DNA of 63,505 bases, the filler included, from Stramenopiles sp. TOSAG23-3 (taxonomy: Eukaryota), in the NCBI GenBank assembly GCA_900128585.1. It is 5 parts of 5 records of this genome, joined end to end, with 100 filler letters (N's around TTAATTAATTAA, not from the genome) between each part and the next. Parts side by side here need not be neighbours in the genome. Positions count along the whole stretch, not along the records: positions 50,904 to 63,505 come from LT642678.1; 4 more parts are not named here. One strand, written 5' to 3'. Under the pieces are notes generated by a model that saw nothing but the letters and a program-made list of their open reading frames with translations, was not told where the DNA came from and did no database searches. How positions within the stretch are numbered: the stretch's first letter is position 1; every line of letters begins with the position of its first letter. Positions 54,083-63,505 of this stretch are shown one piece after another. A program made the translations under genes and the position numbers.

Positions 54083-54573
54083 AGAAGAGGAGAAATGTGG
54101 TGTAACCAAACCAAAAGGGGTAACACACACACACACAATAAGAAGAAGAAGAATCTTTTTTGTTTTTTTTATTTATTTTATTATTTTTTATATTAAGAGA
54201 TATGATGATGGATCGATGATGATGAAATATTATTATATATGTTGGGAGGATATGTGATTGTTGAAATGGTGGTGGGATGATCGATACGTTTTGAGGAATC
54301 CTCTATAATGAATAAAAGGAACAATCGACCAAGAATTTATTTGTCGTTGTTCTTGTTCTGCTTCGAAGGGCTATCTTGAAAGAAAGAGAGCGGTAATATT
54401 TAATATTTGGAATATTCGAGGCTCGCCACTGCCAGGAAGTTTGTTGTACAAGAAGAAGTATAAACGTCGTCTGCCTGCTGGTAATCTAAAGTTCAACTGT
54501 AAAGTGTAAATATATATACGATTGCCCGCCACAGAAATACGTTGATTTTTGAATATTTTTCTTATTATCTGTA

Positions 54574-56517
54574 ATGGGGCAGGAGTTGTCTTCAACAGTT
54601 TCATACAATGACGTGCTGAACCAATCGCCGGAAGGCCTGGCCTCGGTTGCAAAGCGGTCTAATTTTTCAAGTTTTGTTGTGGAAAAAATTAAAGAATTTG
54701 GCATCAGCGGAGAAGTTGCGAGTGAGTTGGAAGAGAACGATATCCGCGAACACTGCGGGGACGAATATACGTCATTTCAAAAGAAGCAGCTGTGCGCAGC
54801 CGTTCGAAAATTTCGCAAGCATTTCCCGGCATCCACAGAAAAGCTCGAAGCGAAAATTCGCGCTTCTATTTTGGAAGAGGCGAAGCGGGACTGCAATTCT
54901 TGCTGCTGCGGCAAGGCTATTCCCTGGGAGAATTTGCTGGCAGCATCGATGGCAAAAACAGCAAACACACATGTACATAGTAAATCAAAATCGCAGCAAA
55001 GCCAACCTGGCGATAGTGTAGACACTGCCGAGAACGAAAAAGAAGAAGAGCCAAAGAAACAAGAAACAACGGGGGAGACGAACGATGTATACGCCATCGA
55101 ACAGATTGTGGACGACAAGTGCACCAAAGGTGAAAAGAGATGGCTCGTGAAATGGCTTGGGTACGATGCATCTGAAAATACTTGGGAACCCAAGGCATCG
55201 TTTCCTGACTTGTCCATCATTGCTGATTACGAAAACGAAAAGAAGAAGGCTGCATGCGCCAATGTCGAAAACACAAAGGGGGGTAATTTCCAACACGGGG
55301 CTGGGGAGCTTCAAAGTTGCCAAAAGAAGGTCCAGAAGCCCGTCCCACTGCCGGACTCGCTCCGCGAAAAGTACAGGAGCAATTCAGAAGTGGGGCAAGT
55401 GGACGATGCGATGAATATTTTGAATTTCGAGACGACAGATGTCAATGCAAAGGACGACGAAGGAATGACTGCCGTGGGGTATGCTGCAATGTGGAACCAC
55501 CATGAAATCATTTCGCTTCTTCATCGTGCCGGTGCCAGCTTGAGCGTACAAGACAACGATGGGGATACCCCTACGATTCAGGCCGCGTACAACAACAGCC
55601 CCGAAGCCCTTCAGCTCTTGCTTAGATTGGGGGCGAACATCAACACAAGAAACAACGATGGGAAATCTGCGTTGCAGTATGCGGTGGAGAAGAAATACCG
55701 GGACTGTGCCGCAATTTTGCTGGACCACATCAAGGGAAAGGAACAGCCGCTAGTGACCCACGAGGAAATGACGCCGTACACCTTTTCGGCAAGGTGCAGT
55801 TTCGACAACACGGTCGTGCGGGCCGTTAAAGACGAGTATGGGGCGTATGCTTTGCACAAATCGTGCGGGGCGGGTCTATTGGAGGAGGTAAATATTCTAA
55901 TTGCTAGTGGTACGGACGTGGAAGAGCCCAATGGATTTGGGTGGACCCCGCTATTCTACGCCTCCAGCAGAAATCACCCCAACGTGATCGAAATGCTGCG
56001 GAAGGCTGGGGCCTCTTTGAATAAAAAGATGCTGTACAACGGCGACACGCCCACGACCGTAGCGGCTGAGAACGACAGTTCTGCGGCGTTGGAATATCTG
56101 GTTGAACATGGCGCGGACATTCACGCGTGCAACAATGCAGGAAATTCTGCCCTTCACTGTGCTGCACGATACAACACGAACGAGACGGTTGTCATCGTGA
56201 ACATGCTACAGGAAGCAGGGATTGGGTTGGACACCCAAAACAAGGAAGGCTGCACTCCCGTCATGTTGGCGGCTATGCACAACAGTTTTAGGGTTTTGAG
56301 TGCCCTTTTGCATCACGGAGCAGACTTTGCAATTAAGAGCGATGCGGGGAAAATCGCCTTGGACTATGCTGAAGAAAAGAAGCACCACAAATGCACCAAG
56401 ATCCTTAGACTGTACGAGAGTGAGAAGAAATCGAACAAACGCCAAAGGACAGCAAATGGTTCAACTACTCGGGCCAAGCGGTCACGTCGCCAGACCACGA
56501 CTTCGATGATGCGATGA
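54574..56517 (+). CDS. chromodomain + ankyrin-repeat protein with SAM-like N-terminus
   Basis: YAIEQIVD...WLVKWLGYDASENTWEP is a chromodomain. About nine ankyrin repeats follow (GMTAV, GDTPT, GKSAL, GWTPL, GNSALH, GCTPV). Basic NLS-like tail. Confidence 0.88.
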   Translation: MGQELSSTVSYNDVLNQSPEGLASVAKRSNFSSFVVEKIKEFGISGEVASELEENDIREHCGDEYTSFQKKQLCAAVRKFRKHFPASTEKLEAKIRASILEEAKRDCNSCCCGKAIPWENLLAASMAKTANTHVHSKSKSQQSQPGDSVDTAENEKEEEPKKQETTGETNDVYAIEQIVDDKCTKGEKRWLVKWLGYDASENTWEPKASFPDLSIIADYENEKKKAACANVENTKGGNFQHGAGELQSCQKKVQKPVPLPDSLREKYRSNSEVGQVDDAMNILNFETTDVNAKDDEGMTAVGYAAMWNHHEIISLLHRAGASLSVQDNDGDTPTIQAAYNNSPEALQLLLRLGANINTRNNDGKSALQYAVEKKYRDCAAILLDHIKGKEQPLVTHEEMTPYTFSARCSFDNTVVRAVKDEYGAYALHKSCGAGLLEEVNILIASGTDVEEPNGFGWTPLFYASSRNHPNVIEMLRKAGASLNKKMLYNGDTPTTVAAENDSSAALEYLVEHGADIHACNNAGNSALHCAARYNTNETVVIVNMLQEAGIGLDTQNKEGCTPVMLAAMHNSFRVLSALLHHGADFAIKSDAGKIALDYAEEKKHHKCTKILRLYESEKKSNKRQRTANGSTTRAKRSRRQTTTSMMR

Positions 56518-56596
56518 CACTCTTTAAATAAAATTTACGCGCAGTGAAAACTGAAACTCTCTAAAGTTAACTTTTTTAATGAAAAAAAATAGTTTA

Positions 56597-56723
56597 GAGA
56601 TATCGGATGAGGAAGTTGATTACGGTTCATCTGCAAGCAATGCCAATTCAGATATCGCTCCGGATAGTTCATGGAACGACGAAGCTAAATTTAATTACTT
56701 AAATAACAGCCAATTTTCTTGTT
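56597..56723 (+). repeat. copy of the dispersed AT-rich element
   Basis: Three blocks match 3487-3513, 3565-3598 and 3604-3655. Confidence 0.85.
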
Positions 56724-56794
56724 ATATTTAAAAACAAAGTTCTTAAAACCTTTCCTTATTTAATTCAAGCCTACCATATAATTTGTTTTTTAAT

Positions 56795-59700
56795 TCAAGC
56801 CGAGAAGACTTCTTCGACAAGATCTTTCGTTTCTTGCAGGTGAACTCGAAAACTGCCGTGTGCTGGGGTTGATGCACCCTGGCGGCTAATTGAACGGATG
56901 ACTCGATTGCCTGGGTGCTCATTGTTGTATACACGAAGGCATGTGTCAAGACGGGGGGATACATACGACCAATACCCTTGGTTTTCCGGTTCCTCTTGCA
57001 CAAACACGATTTCAGCATTTTGGTATTTTCTGCACACTGCTGCAACATGATCGTGAGGAAACGGCGCTATTTGCTCCAACCGTACAATGGCAACGTCATG
57101 AATTTTCCGTTTCCTCCTTGCGTGGTACAGGTCATAATAAAACTTTCCCGACACAATAACCAGCCTTCGGATGTCTTCGTCGGGCAGTAGCTCGTGGCGG
57201 TAGCGTTTGCTTTGCTGAAGATTATTAGCACGCGAAGTTTCCGAGATAACACGACGAAACCAAGTGCCATGGACGATTTCATCCATCGATGAAGTACATG
57301 GCTTGTGATGGTGCAGCTGCTTCGGGGACAACACCACCAAAGGCTTTGAGAACGGCCGGTGTATCTGGCGTCGAAGACAATGAAAGTAATTGGCAGGAGT
57401 GGTGGGCGCACAGACGGCGAAGTTGGCCATCGATTCAGTATTTCGGTGCAACCAGCTCAATGCAAATTTCATGTATTGCTCCTTTGAGACGACCTTGTCC
57501 GATCTACGCGTTGCTTGGGCATGCACTGCATTCAGCTCGGCGATAATAATATCCCATCGCTCACCGAGAGCATCTGGGTCGATTGTTTTCCCAAGTGTGT
57601 CTCTCAAATTATCAATGGATATGTAACCAGAATTATCGATATCTATCGCATCAAATCCTCGCTCTAAATCATCGCGCATTTTTGGGGTAAGCACCGACAA
57701 ATCAATGTTGGGGTCATCATCCACTAGCTGCAAAAACCGTTCTGGCCGGGCGGAGGAATGTTCTGGCCCGGCACCCTCCAGGCCGTGTGGTAGCAGCATC
57801 ACAAGGCTCGACTGGACAGACCATTTGTGCTCCCCGCTAACAATAAAATTGTCAATCATGGGCTGGGCAACATTAACAAAATCACCGAATTGAGCCTCCC
57901 AGACGACAAGTGCATTATCGTTTTCAAGGCTGTACCCATACTCAAACCCAAGAACAGCCGCCTCACTCAAGTTGCTATTGCAAATGTGGACTTCCTCCTG
58001 TTCCCCAGGGCCCAGAATGTTGTTTAAAGGCCAATACCGTTCGTTCGTTTCTTGGCAAACCAACAGAGCGTGACGTTGGTTAAAGGTTCCCCGCTCACAG
58101 TCTTGCCCACTCAACCGTACATGAACAGTGGGATGTTCCACAACAGGAGGAAGAAATTCTGATCGTAGGCTACCGGCCGCGCCTACTCGTGACCACGACC
58201 GTTCCAGTACACTGCCGCCCTTTCCTGAGCTCACATGTTCTGTGCGGGACACATCCCTTTTCCCAAACATTGGATTGCCACTCCTATCCTCTTCTTTGAC
58301 CGGCAGCGCTGTCACTCCGAATGCCAACGATTCAGCCAATGCGAAGTCGATCCCCTCGCCCGTTGCCAAGGCTTTCTTACGCTTTTCTACAATTTTGCAA
58401 ACGTCAGGATGGAGCTTCAAGTTCTCCCTGTTTTCTCCACAAATCGCTTTCCCCACTAACTGCAGCAAGTCCTTGTCCGCACCAGTCATGTTGTGTGCCC
58501 GGCCTGGCTTTTGCACTTCGCCCAAGCCAGCGGACAGTGCAACTCCTTGCCAGCTACTTGCTAGCCACTCCAGGGAGGTGGAATCGTAAGTGACTTCCCC
58601 CTCGGTGTTGGCAATATCGTACTCTGCCTCGTATTCCTGTACCAAATCTCGCCGTTTTGATTCCACAAGCTCTTCGGAAAGCACACCCGAGTCGATCAGC
58701 CTCTTCTCAAACATTTCTAGAGTCGACGGGTGTTCGTCGATAACGCGCTGTCTAACGGGTTGTGTAATCCGAGGATCTTCTGCCTCGCTATGCCCAAACC
58801 GGCGAAAGCAGATGTAATCGATAATAACATCTTTTCTAAACCTGTGCCGGTACTCTATCGCTAGCTTCATCACACGAACGACCGCCTCGGGATCGTCACT
58901 GTTCACATGAAAAATGGGCGCCCCAGTAGCCTTGGCCACGTCCGTTGGGTAAACTGACGAATGACTGTCGCTGCTTTCGGTGGTAAAACCAATGTTGTTA
59001 TTTACCACAATATGGATCGTCCCTCCTGTATAAAATGCAGGTAGCTGTGACAGAGCAAGCGTCTCCGCGACGATTCCTTGCCCTGCAAACGCGGCATCCC
59101 CGTGCAGCACAACCCCCAGAGCTTTGCGCCTCTCCCAATCTTTCAAATAGTACTGTTTCGCGCGCACTTTGCCTACGACCACCGGGGTCACCTGCTCCAG
59201 ATGTGACGGGTTTGGTAAAATGCCGATTTGCACGGGCTGGCTCTCTTTTCCATCCGTCCGTGCAAAAGTGCACTCCGACTGTGTACCTAAATGGTATTTT
59301 ACATCGCCCAGCCTGAGATAATCATCCTCTGCCCCAGGCTCTACATCTTTAAACTCCCGTAACACGGCACCGATGGGTTTGCCGATTATGTTTACTAGAA
59401 CGTTGAGTCGCCCGCGATGCGTCATTCCCATCTCTACGTGATTTACCCCTAGCTCCGACGCCCTGCCAAACAGCGCGGAGAGCCCCGGGATTAAGCTCTC
59501 TGCCCCGGCGAGCCCAAACGTCTTCGCATTTGGATGCTTTCCACACAAGAAAGTCTCCAAGTAGTCCGCCCGCAGAAGCTGTTCCCAGATAAGTTTTTGG
59601 GACTGCGGATCAAGGTCACTCCCAAAAAATGATTGCCCGTTGCGGGTTAAAGACGCGCCCTTCCGGGAGTCTTTGGTCTCTTTTTTCCGCTTTTTGGACG

Positions 59701-60517
59701 ATTCCAGTTCCCTGTCGACATTGATGAACTCTCCCAAGGTGCGGTACTTCGGAGGCCTTTGCGGTTCGCTCTCTGACCACAAAAGGTGCGAATGTTCGAG
59801 TCTATGCTGGAGCCATTTGTGCTCTTTCCTATCAGTTATGTGGGTATACTCTAATCCCACACTCCCGCAGTAGCAACGCGTCAAAAAATCAATAAACTCG
59901 CCGGCCGTGCTGGGAACAGAAACTCCTACGTCACCAATGTCCAAAAGCTCGGTCATGACACCCTCCGGGATTTGTTCGGTGTACGGCGTTCTATTGCTCA
60001 GCCCCCATGCGGACAAGTCCAGTTCTACTGTATTTTTCCCGTCCGCATCCTTCCTGCTCTTTTTTATAACCTCGACGAGTCTTATTATTTCCCTGTTATA
60101 ATATGGATTGTTCACCACCATCCGCTGCAAAAATGGAGAGCTCCGTTTTCGAACGAAGTGCCCCCGAAGTTTGGGAGGTAGGAGGTTCATGCTCTCTTGC
60201 AGAGGGTCCGTGTTCGCGACTAGGTGGCCGCGCTGTCGAAATGCAAGGGTCAACCTGTAGTACTTCAGAACGTTGCCCGCAATAGTCACCGCCGCCGATG
60301 CTGTGGAGGAAGCTCTTTTAAACGCGACTCCTACTGAAGGGGTCTGGTGCACTAAGCTTTCCCACATTCGTGGCCGACCGGACGGCCTTCGCATTCTAGT
60401 AAACATAGTTGCTGTGGAGGAAGCTCTTTTAAACGCGACTCCTACCGAAGGGGTCTGGTGCACTCGGCTTTTCCACATTCGTGGCCGACCGGACGGCCTT
60501 CGCATTCTAGTAAACAT
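56795..60517 (-). CDS. OGDH: 2-oxoglutarate (or 2-oxoadipate) dehydrogenase E1 component, mitochondrial
   Basis: GMTHRGRLN, GDVKYHLG, NPSHLE, HGDAAFAGQG, RLSGQDCERGTF, WEAQFGDF, GPEHSSAR and QEEPENQG motifs. Confidence 0.92.
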   Translation of the reverse strand: MFTRMRRPSGRPRMWKSRVHQTPSVGVAFKRASSTATMFTRMRRPSGRPRMWESLVHQTPSVGVAFKRASSTASAAVTIAGNVLKYYRLTLAFRQRGHLVANTDPLQESMNLLPPKLRGHFVRKRSSPFLQRMVVNNPYYNREIIRLVEVIKKSRKDADGKNTVELDLSAWGLSNRTPYTEQIPEGVMTELLDIGDVGVSVPSTAGEFIDFLTRCYCGSVGLEYTHITDRKEHKWLQHRLEHSHLLWSESEPQRPPKYRTLGEFINVDRELESSKKRKKETKDSRKGASLTRNGQSFFGSDLDPQSQKLIWEQLLRADYLETFLCGKHPNAKTFGLAGAESLIPGLSALFGRASELGVNHVEMGMTHRGRLNVLVNIIGKPIGAVLREFKDVEPGAEDDYLRLGDVKYHLGTQSECTFARTDGKESQPVQIGILPNPSHLEQVTPVVVGKVRAKQYYLKDWERRKALGVVLHGDAAFAGQGIVAETLALSQLPAFYTGGTIHIVVNNNIGFTTESSDSHSSVYPTDVAKATGAPIFHVNSDDPEAVVRVMKLAIEYRHRFRKDVIIDYICFRRFGHSEAEDPRITQPVRQRVIDEHPSTLEMFEKRLIDSGVLSEELVESKRRDLVQEYEAEYDIANTEGEVTYDSTSLEWLASSWQGVALSAGLGEVQKPGRAHNMTGADKDLLQLVGKAICGENRENLKLHPDVCKIVEKRKKALATGEGIDFALAESLAFGVTALPVKEEDRSGNPMFGKRDVSRTEHVSSGKGGSVLERSWSRVGAAGSLRSEFLPPVVEHPTVHVRLSGQDCERGTFNQRHALLVCQETNERYWPLNNILGPGEQEEVHICNSNLSEAAVLGFEYGYSLENDNALVVWEAQFGDFVNVAQPMIDNFIVSGEHKWSVQSSLVMLLPHGLEGAGPEHSSARPERFLQLVDDDPNIDLSVLTPKMRDDLERGFDAIDIDNSGYISIDNLRDTLGKTIDPDALGERWDIIIAELNAVHAQATRRSDKVVSKEQYMKFALSWLHRNTESMANFAVCAPTTPANYFHCLRRQIHRPFSKPLVVLSPKQLHHHKPCTSSMDEIVHGTWFRRVISETSRANNLQQSKRYRHELLPDEDIRRLVIVSGKFYYDLYHARRKRKIHDVAIVRLEQIAPFPHDHVAAVCRKYQNAEIVFVQEEPENQGYWSYVSPRLDTCLRVYNNEHPGNRVIRSISRQGASTPAHGSFRVHLQETKDLVEEVFSA

Positions 60518-60518
60518 A
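60299..60518 (-). repeat. 111-bp tandem duplication of the OGDH start codon and presequence
   Basis: MFTRMRRPSGRPRMW(K/E)S(R/L)VHQTPSVGVAFKRASSTA occurs twice; ATGs at 60517 and 60406. Confidence 0.95.
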
Positions 60519-60694
60519 CCTTGCCCTTCGAAAAACGAACGAACGTAACAAACACAAATAAATAATGGATATGTGGGAAATCCATTAGATTGTTTCAAAT
60601 GCCATCGTCTCTTTCAATGGAAAGATGTTGTGTTTTGTCCGTATCGGACTATAAATTATTGACAATTCTATGATGTATAATACTCATCATATAT

Positions 60695-60803
60695 CTTCTT
60701 CTTTTCTTCTTCTTCTTCTTTCTTTTTCTTCTTCTTCCTTCTTCCTCCTCTCTTCTCTTCTTCTCTTAAAAAAATATTATTAATACCAACACCACCACAC
60801 AAC

Positions 60804-60837
<34 letters not shown>

Positions 60838-61120
60838 AAATGAATTAATAATTTTTTAGAGAGAAGAGAGAAGAAGAAGAATTAAAAGAAGAAGAAGAAG
60901 AAGAAGAAGAAGAAGAAAGAAGAAAGAAGAAGAAGAAGAAAGAAGAAGAAGAAGAAGAAGAAGAAGAAGAAAGAAGAAAGAAGAAGAAAGAAGAAGAAGA
61001 AGAAGAAGAAGAAGAAGAAAGAAAGAAGAAGAGGAGGAGGAATAACAATAATATAATAAATATCGGTGGTGGTGAGAAGAAGACTTGTTGCTTGCTTCTT
61101 CCTCCTTCTTCTTCATTCAC
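60695..61120. repeat. (TTC)n, (CAA)n and (GAA)n microsatellite tracts in intergenic spacer; similar tracts at 5545-5950, 6380-6470, 12260-12460, 12737-12945, 43315-43505, 53615-54090
   Basis: Long polypurine/polypyrimidine runs read directly in the sequence. Confidence 0.9.
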
Positions 61121-61387
61121 AACCTCCCCTCTACTACTCCTCTTCTCCTACGGTATTGAATTAATGAATTAATACCTTCCTCCTCCTCTTATTAGCTCTA
61201 ATACCAAAAAAAAACATTACGGACACGAAGGATTATTTCTGAGAAAAAAATAAATTACCTATTCACTTTAAAAAAATATAAGCATATTTACAAAAAGTAC
61301 AGAGATAAAGTAATTATTTACCGCCGGTATAATACCACGTACTACACGATATAATTTTGTTTTATATATTTAAAGCTTCCTTCTTCA

Positions 61388-62812
61388 TTACTTCAGCTGT
61401 TCTGGGTTCAGCCATTCCCTTAGTGTTTGTACTTGCTGGAGCACGGACGATTTCGCCGTCCCGCCCTCTGCGAAACGGGTCTCAACGGACGCCTCCATGC
61501 TCCACACGGCCGTGACATCGTCTTCGAACGCATCGTGGACTTGTTTCAAGTCTTCGATGGTCAAATCCCACAGCTCGACCTCCCTCTCTTCGGCAAGTTG
61601 GACGCACTCTCCAGAAATATGATGAGTTTCCCGAAACGGCACGCCTTTGCGAACCAAATAGTCTGCCAAGTCAGTGGCCAGCATTTCAGGGGCCAGGCTC
61701 TTCTTCATGTTCTCCTCGTGAGGCTCCAACGTCGACAGGACGCCCGTAGCAATCTGCACAACGTCCGACGCAGTCTCCACGGCATCGAACAAGGGCTCCT
61801 TGTCTTCCTGCAAATCCTTGTTGTACGTAGACGGGATGCCCTTGAGGGCCATCAGCATCGTCATCAAATGTCCCGTCACCCGGGCGGGCTTTCCGCGCAA
61901 AAGCTCACAAGCGTCTGGGTTCTTCTTCTGGGGCATCAGGCTGCTCCCCGTGGTGTACGCATCGGACATTTTGACAAAGCCAAACTCCGAGGTGCTGTAA
62001 ATTATAAGGTCTTCCGCAAACCTGCTCAAGTGCGTGGCCATCAGACTCGCGCAAAATAAATACTCGGCAACAAAGTCCCGGTCGCTTACGGAGTCCATGC
62101 TGTTCAGCGAGACGCTGCCGAAGTCCAAGTCTTTCGCAAGGCTTTGGCGGTCTATGCCGAACGGGTGCCCCGCAATCGCTCCGCTTCCAAGTGGCATCAC
62201 GTTTATTCGCGATTGGAGACTCTCCAGCCGCTGCACATCCCGCTGCCACGACGCCGCGTGGCTGAGTATCCAGTGGCTCCATCGAATCGGCTGAGCTGGT
62301 TGCAAATGGGTGTAACCGGGCATGATGATATCTACTTCCCTCTCCGCGCGGTCGATGGCTACCTCTATTAATACCTTCACATGACCTATCAGCGCTGACG
62401 TTTCCTCGCGAAGCCACAGGCGTACATCGGTCGCGACTTGGTCGTTTCGGCTTCTGCCAGTGTGAAGCTTGCCTCCGGTGGGACCAATGATTTCCGATAA
62501 ACGGCGCTCGTTTGCGGTGTGTATGTCTTCGTCCATGGGCTTTAACTGAAACGTCCCGCTCTCCCATTCGACCTTTTCCTCCTCCGTGATAATGCCGACC
62601 CGGCAAAGGGCAGACGAGTACGCCTTGCTCCCCTCGATATCAACCTTCCAAAGGCGTTTGTCATACTGAATGGACGCATTGAATTTTTCCATGAGAGGGT
62701 CAGTATCCCCGGTAAACCGACCACCCCATAGTTTTGTGGAACCACCTGCTGCGGTGGACGCGCCCCTCCACACGCGGGGAGGCGGCACAAAGGCAGTGAA
62801 CCTGCCAGCCAT
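61388..62812 (-). CDS. ASL: argininosuccinate lyase
   Basis: [46 protein letters not shown] and YNKDLQEDK motifs. Confidence 0.96.
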   Translation of the reverse strand: MAGRFTAFVPPPRVWRGASTAAGGSTKLWGGRFTGDTDPLMEKFNASIQYDKRLWKVDIEGSKAYSSALCRVGIITEEEKVEWESGTFQLKPMDEDIHTANERRLSEIIGPTGGKLHTGRSRNDQVATDVRLWLREETSALIGHVKVLIEVAIDRAEREVDIIMPGYTHLQPAQPIRWSHWILSHAASWQRDVQRLESLQSRINVMPLGSGAIAGHPFGIDRQSLAKDLDFGSVSLNSMDSVSDRDFVAEYLFCASLMATHLSRFAEDLIIYSTSEFGFVKMSDAYTTGSSLMPQKKNPDACELLRGKPARVTGHLMTMLMALKGIPSTYNKDLQEDKEPLFDAVETASDVVQIATGVLSTLEPHEENMKKSLAPEMLATDLADYLVRKGVPFRETHHISGECVQLAEEREVELWDLTIEDLKQVHDAFEDDVTAVWSMEASVETRFAEGGTAKSSVLQQVQTLREWLNPEQLK

Positions 62813-63505
62813 CTTTCGTGCTGTGAGAAACATTACAAACGAACCACACCGAATCGAAGTAAACGCAACCAGATGACAAATTAACCGTTTTAATGAAATT
62901 ATTACGAGGGGATACTATGAGGACAACTTGAGAGAGAGAGATTTTTAAATAAAGTAAACCAATTGTATCTTTTTGTCTTCTTCTTCTTTCTGTTCTATAT
63001 TATTATTATACATGTATAATATCGAAATCAATATAGGAGGTGGTCTTCCTCGTCTCTCCTGCCTTGGCGTCATTCGTTTATTATTATAATAAAAATTAAA
63101 TTTATTTTAATCTTCGAAGAAGACGACTCCTCGTCGTCGTATATTTTTTTATTAAATTATTATTTATTTAATTAGTCCAATTAGGTAGACAGAGTATTGG
63201 TGAGAGTCGTCCGTCGTTTTATAATCGTCTATTTTTTCTTTTTCTGTGGTAGTAATAATATGCAATAATACTACACAGCATTATATTTATTATAAAATAA
63301 AATTGTGATTTAACCAACAAAACAAAAACAAAAACAAAAAGAAGAAATTGATTATGATGCTGTATCTATATTAATATATATTAATAATATTATTAAAATC
63401 TAATAAAATCAAATCTGATGATCATGGTGGTGGAGAAAAAATATCTTTCTTTTTTTGTCTTGTTCATCATACTATGTTCCTGTAATCTATAATTAATATT
63501 TTTTA

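Noticed and set aside
60845-61120. Low-complexity ORFs in spacers (also 5761, 6332, 12685, 41081, 43709, 53803, 54014)
   Set aside because: Translations of GAA/TTC microsatellites in AT-rich non-coding DNA.
1-63505. tRNA, rRNA, snRNA, telomeric repeats, transposase/RT genes, alternative genetic code
   Set aside because: I found no recognisable signatures by eye. Conserved genes translate fully with the standard code and use TAA, TAG and TGA as stops.

Overview
Eukaryotic, flagellated-protist DNA. Marine heterotrophic stramenopile (MAST-like) is my inference. Genes are apparently intronless and GC-richer, separated by very AT-rich spacers with (GAA)n/(TTC)n tracts. The window is NOT one locus: it is five contigs (1-12636, 12737-25367, 25468-38088, 38189-50803, 50904-63505; 12636/12631/12621/12615/12602 bp, in descending size) joined by artificial 100-nt N44-TTAATTAATTAA-N44 linkers. 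About 28 protein-coding genes are recognisable, including a tandem GST/DHAR-like polyQ protein, ATP-grasp, FG-GAP, sirtuin, RAMA, FYVE, Dispatched-like, TTLL, WDR93-like, Myb, UNG, ABA4-like, DEAH helicase, chromo-ankyrin, OGDH E1 and ASL. The best candidate for an undescribed system is a five-gene metabolic cluster on contig 4: Lys4-type homoaconitase, cupin-cupin/beta-barrel fusion, a cyclic amidohydrolase with Glu in place of the carbamylated Lys, a PrpB-type lyase and an OAC1-like mitochondrial carrier. Also notable are a shared AT-rich element with a coding-like substitution pattern downstream of repeat-domain genes on three contigs, and an EF-hand-like insertion in OGDH E1. Several chimeric junctions and small indels are probably assembly artefacts. 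All family names come from motif recognition, not database searches.
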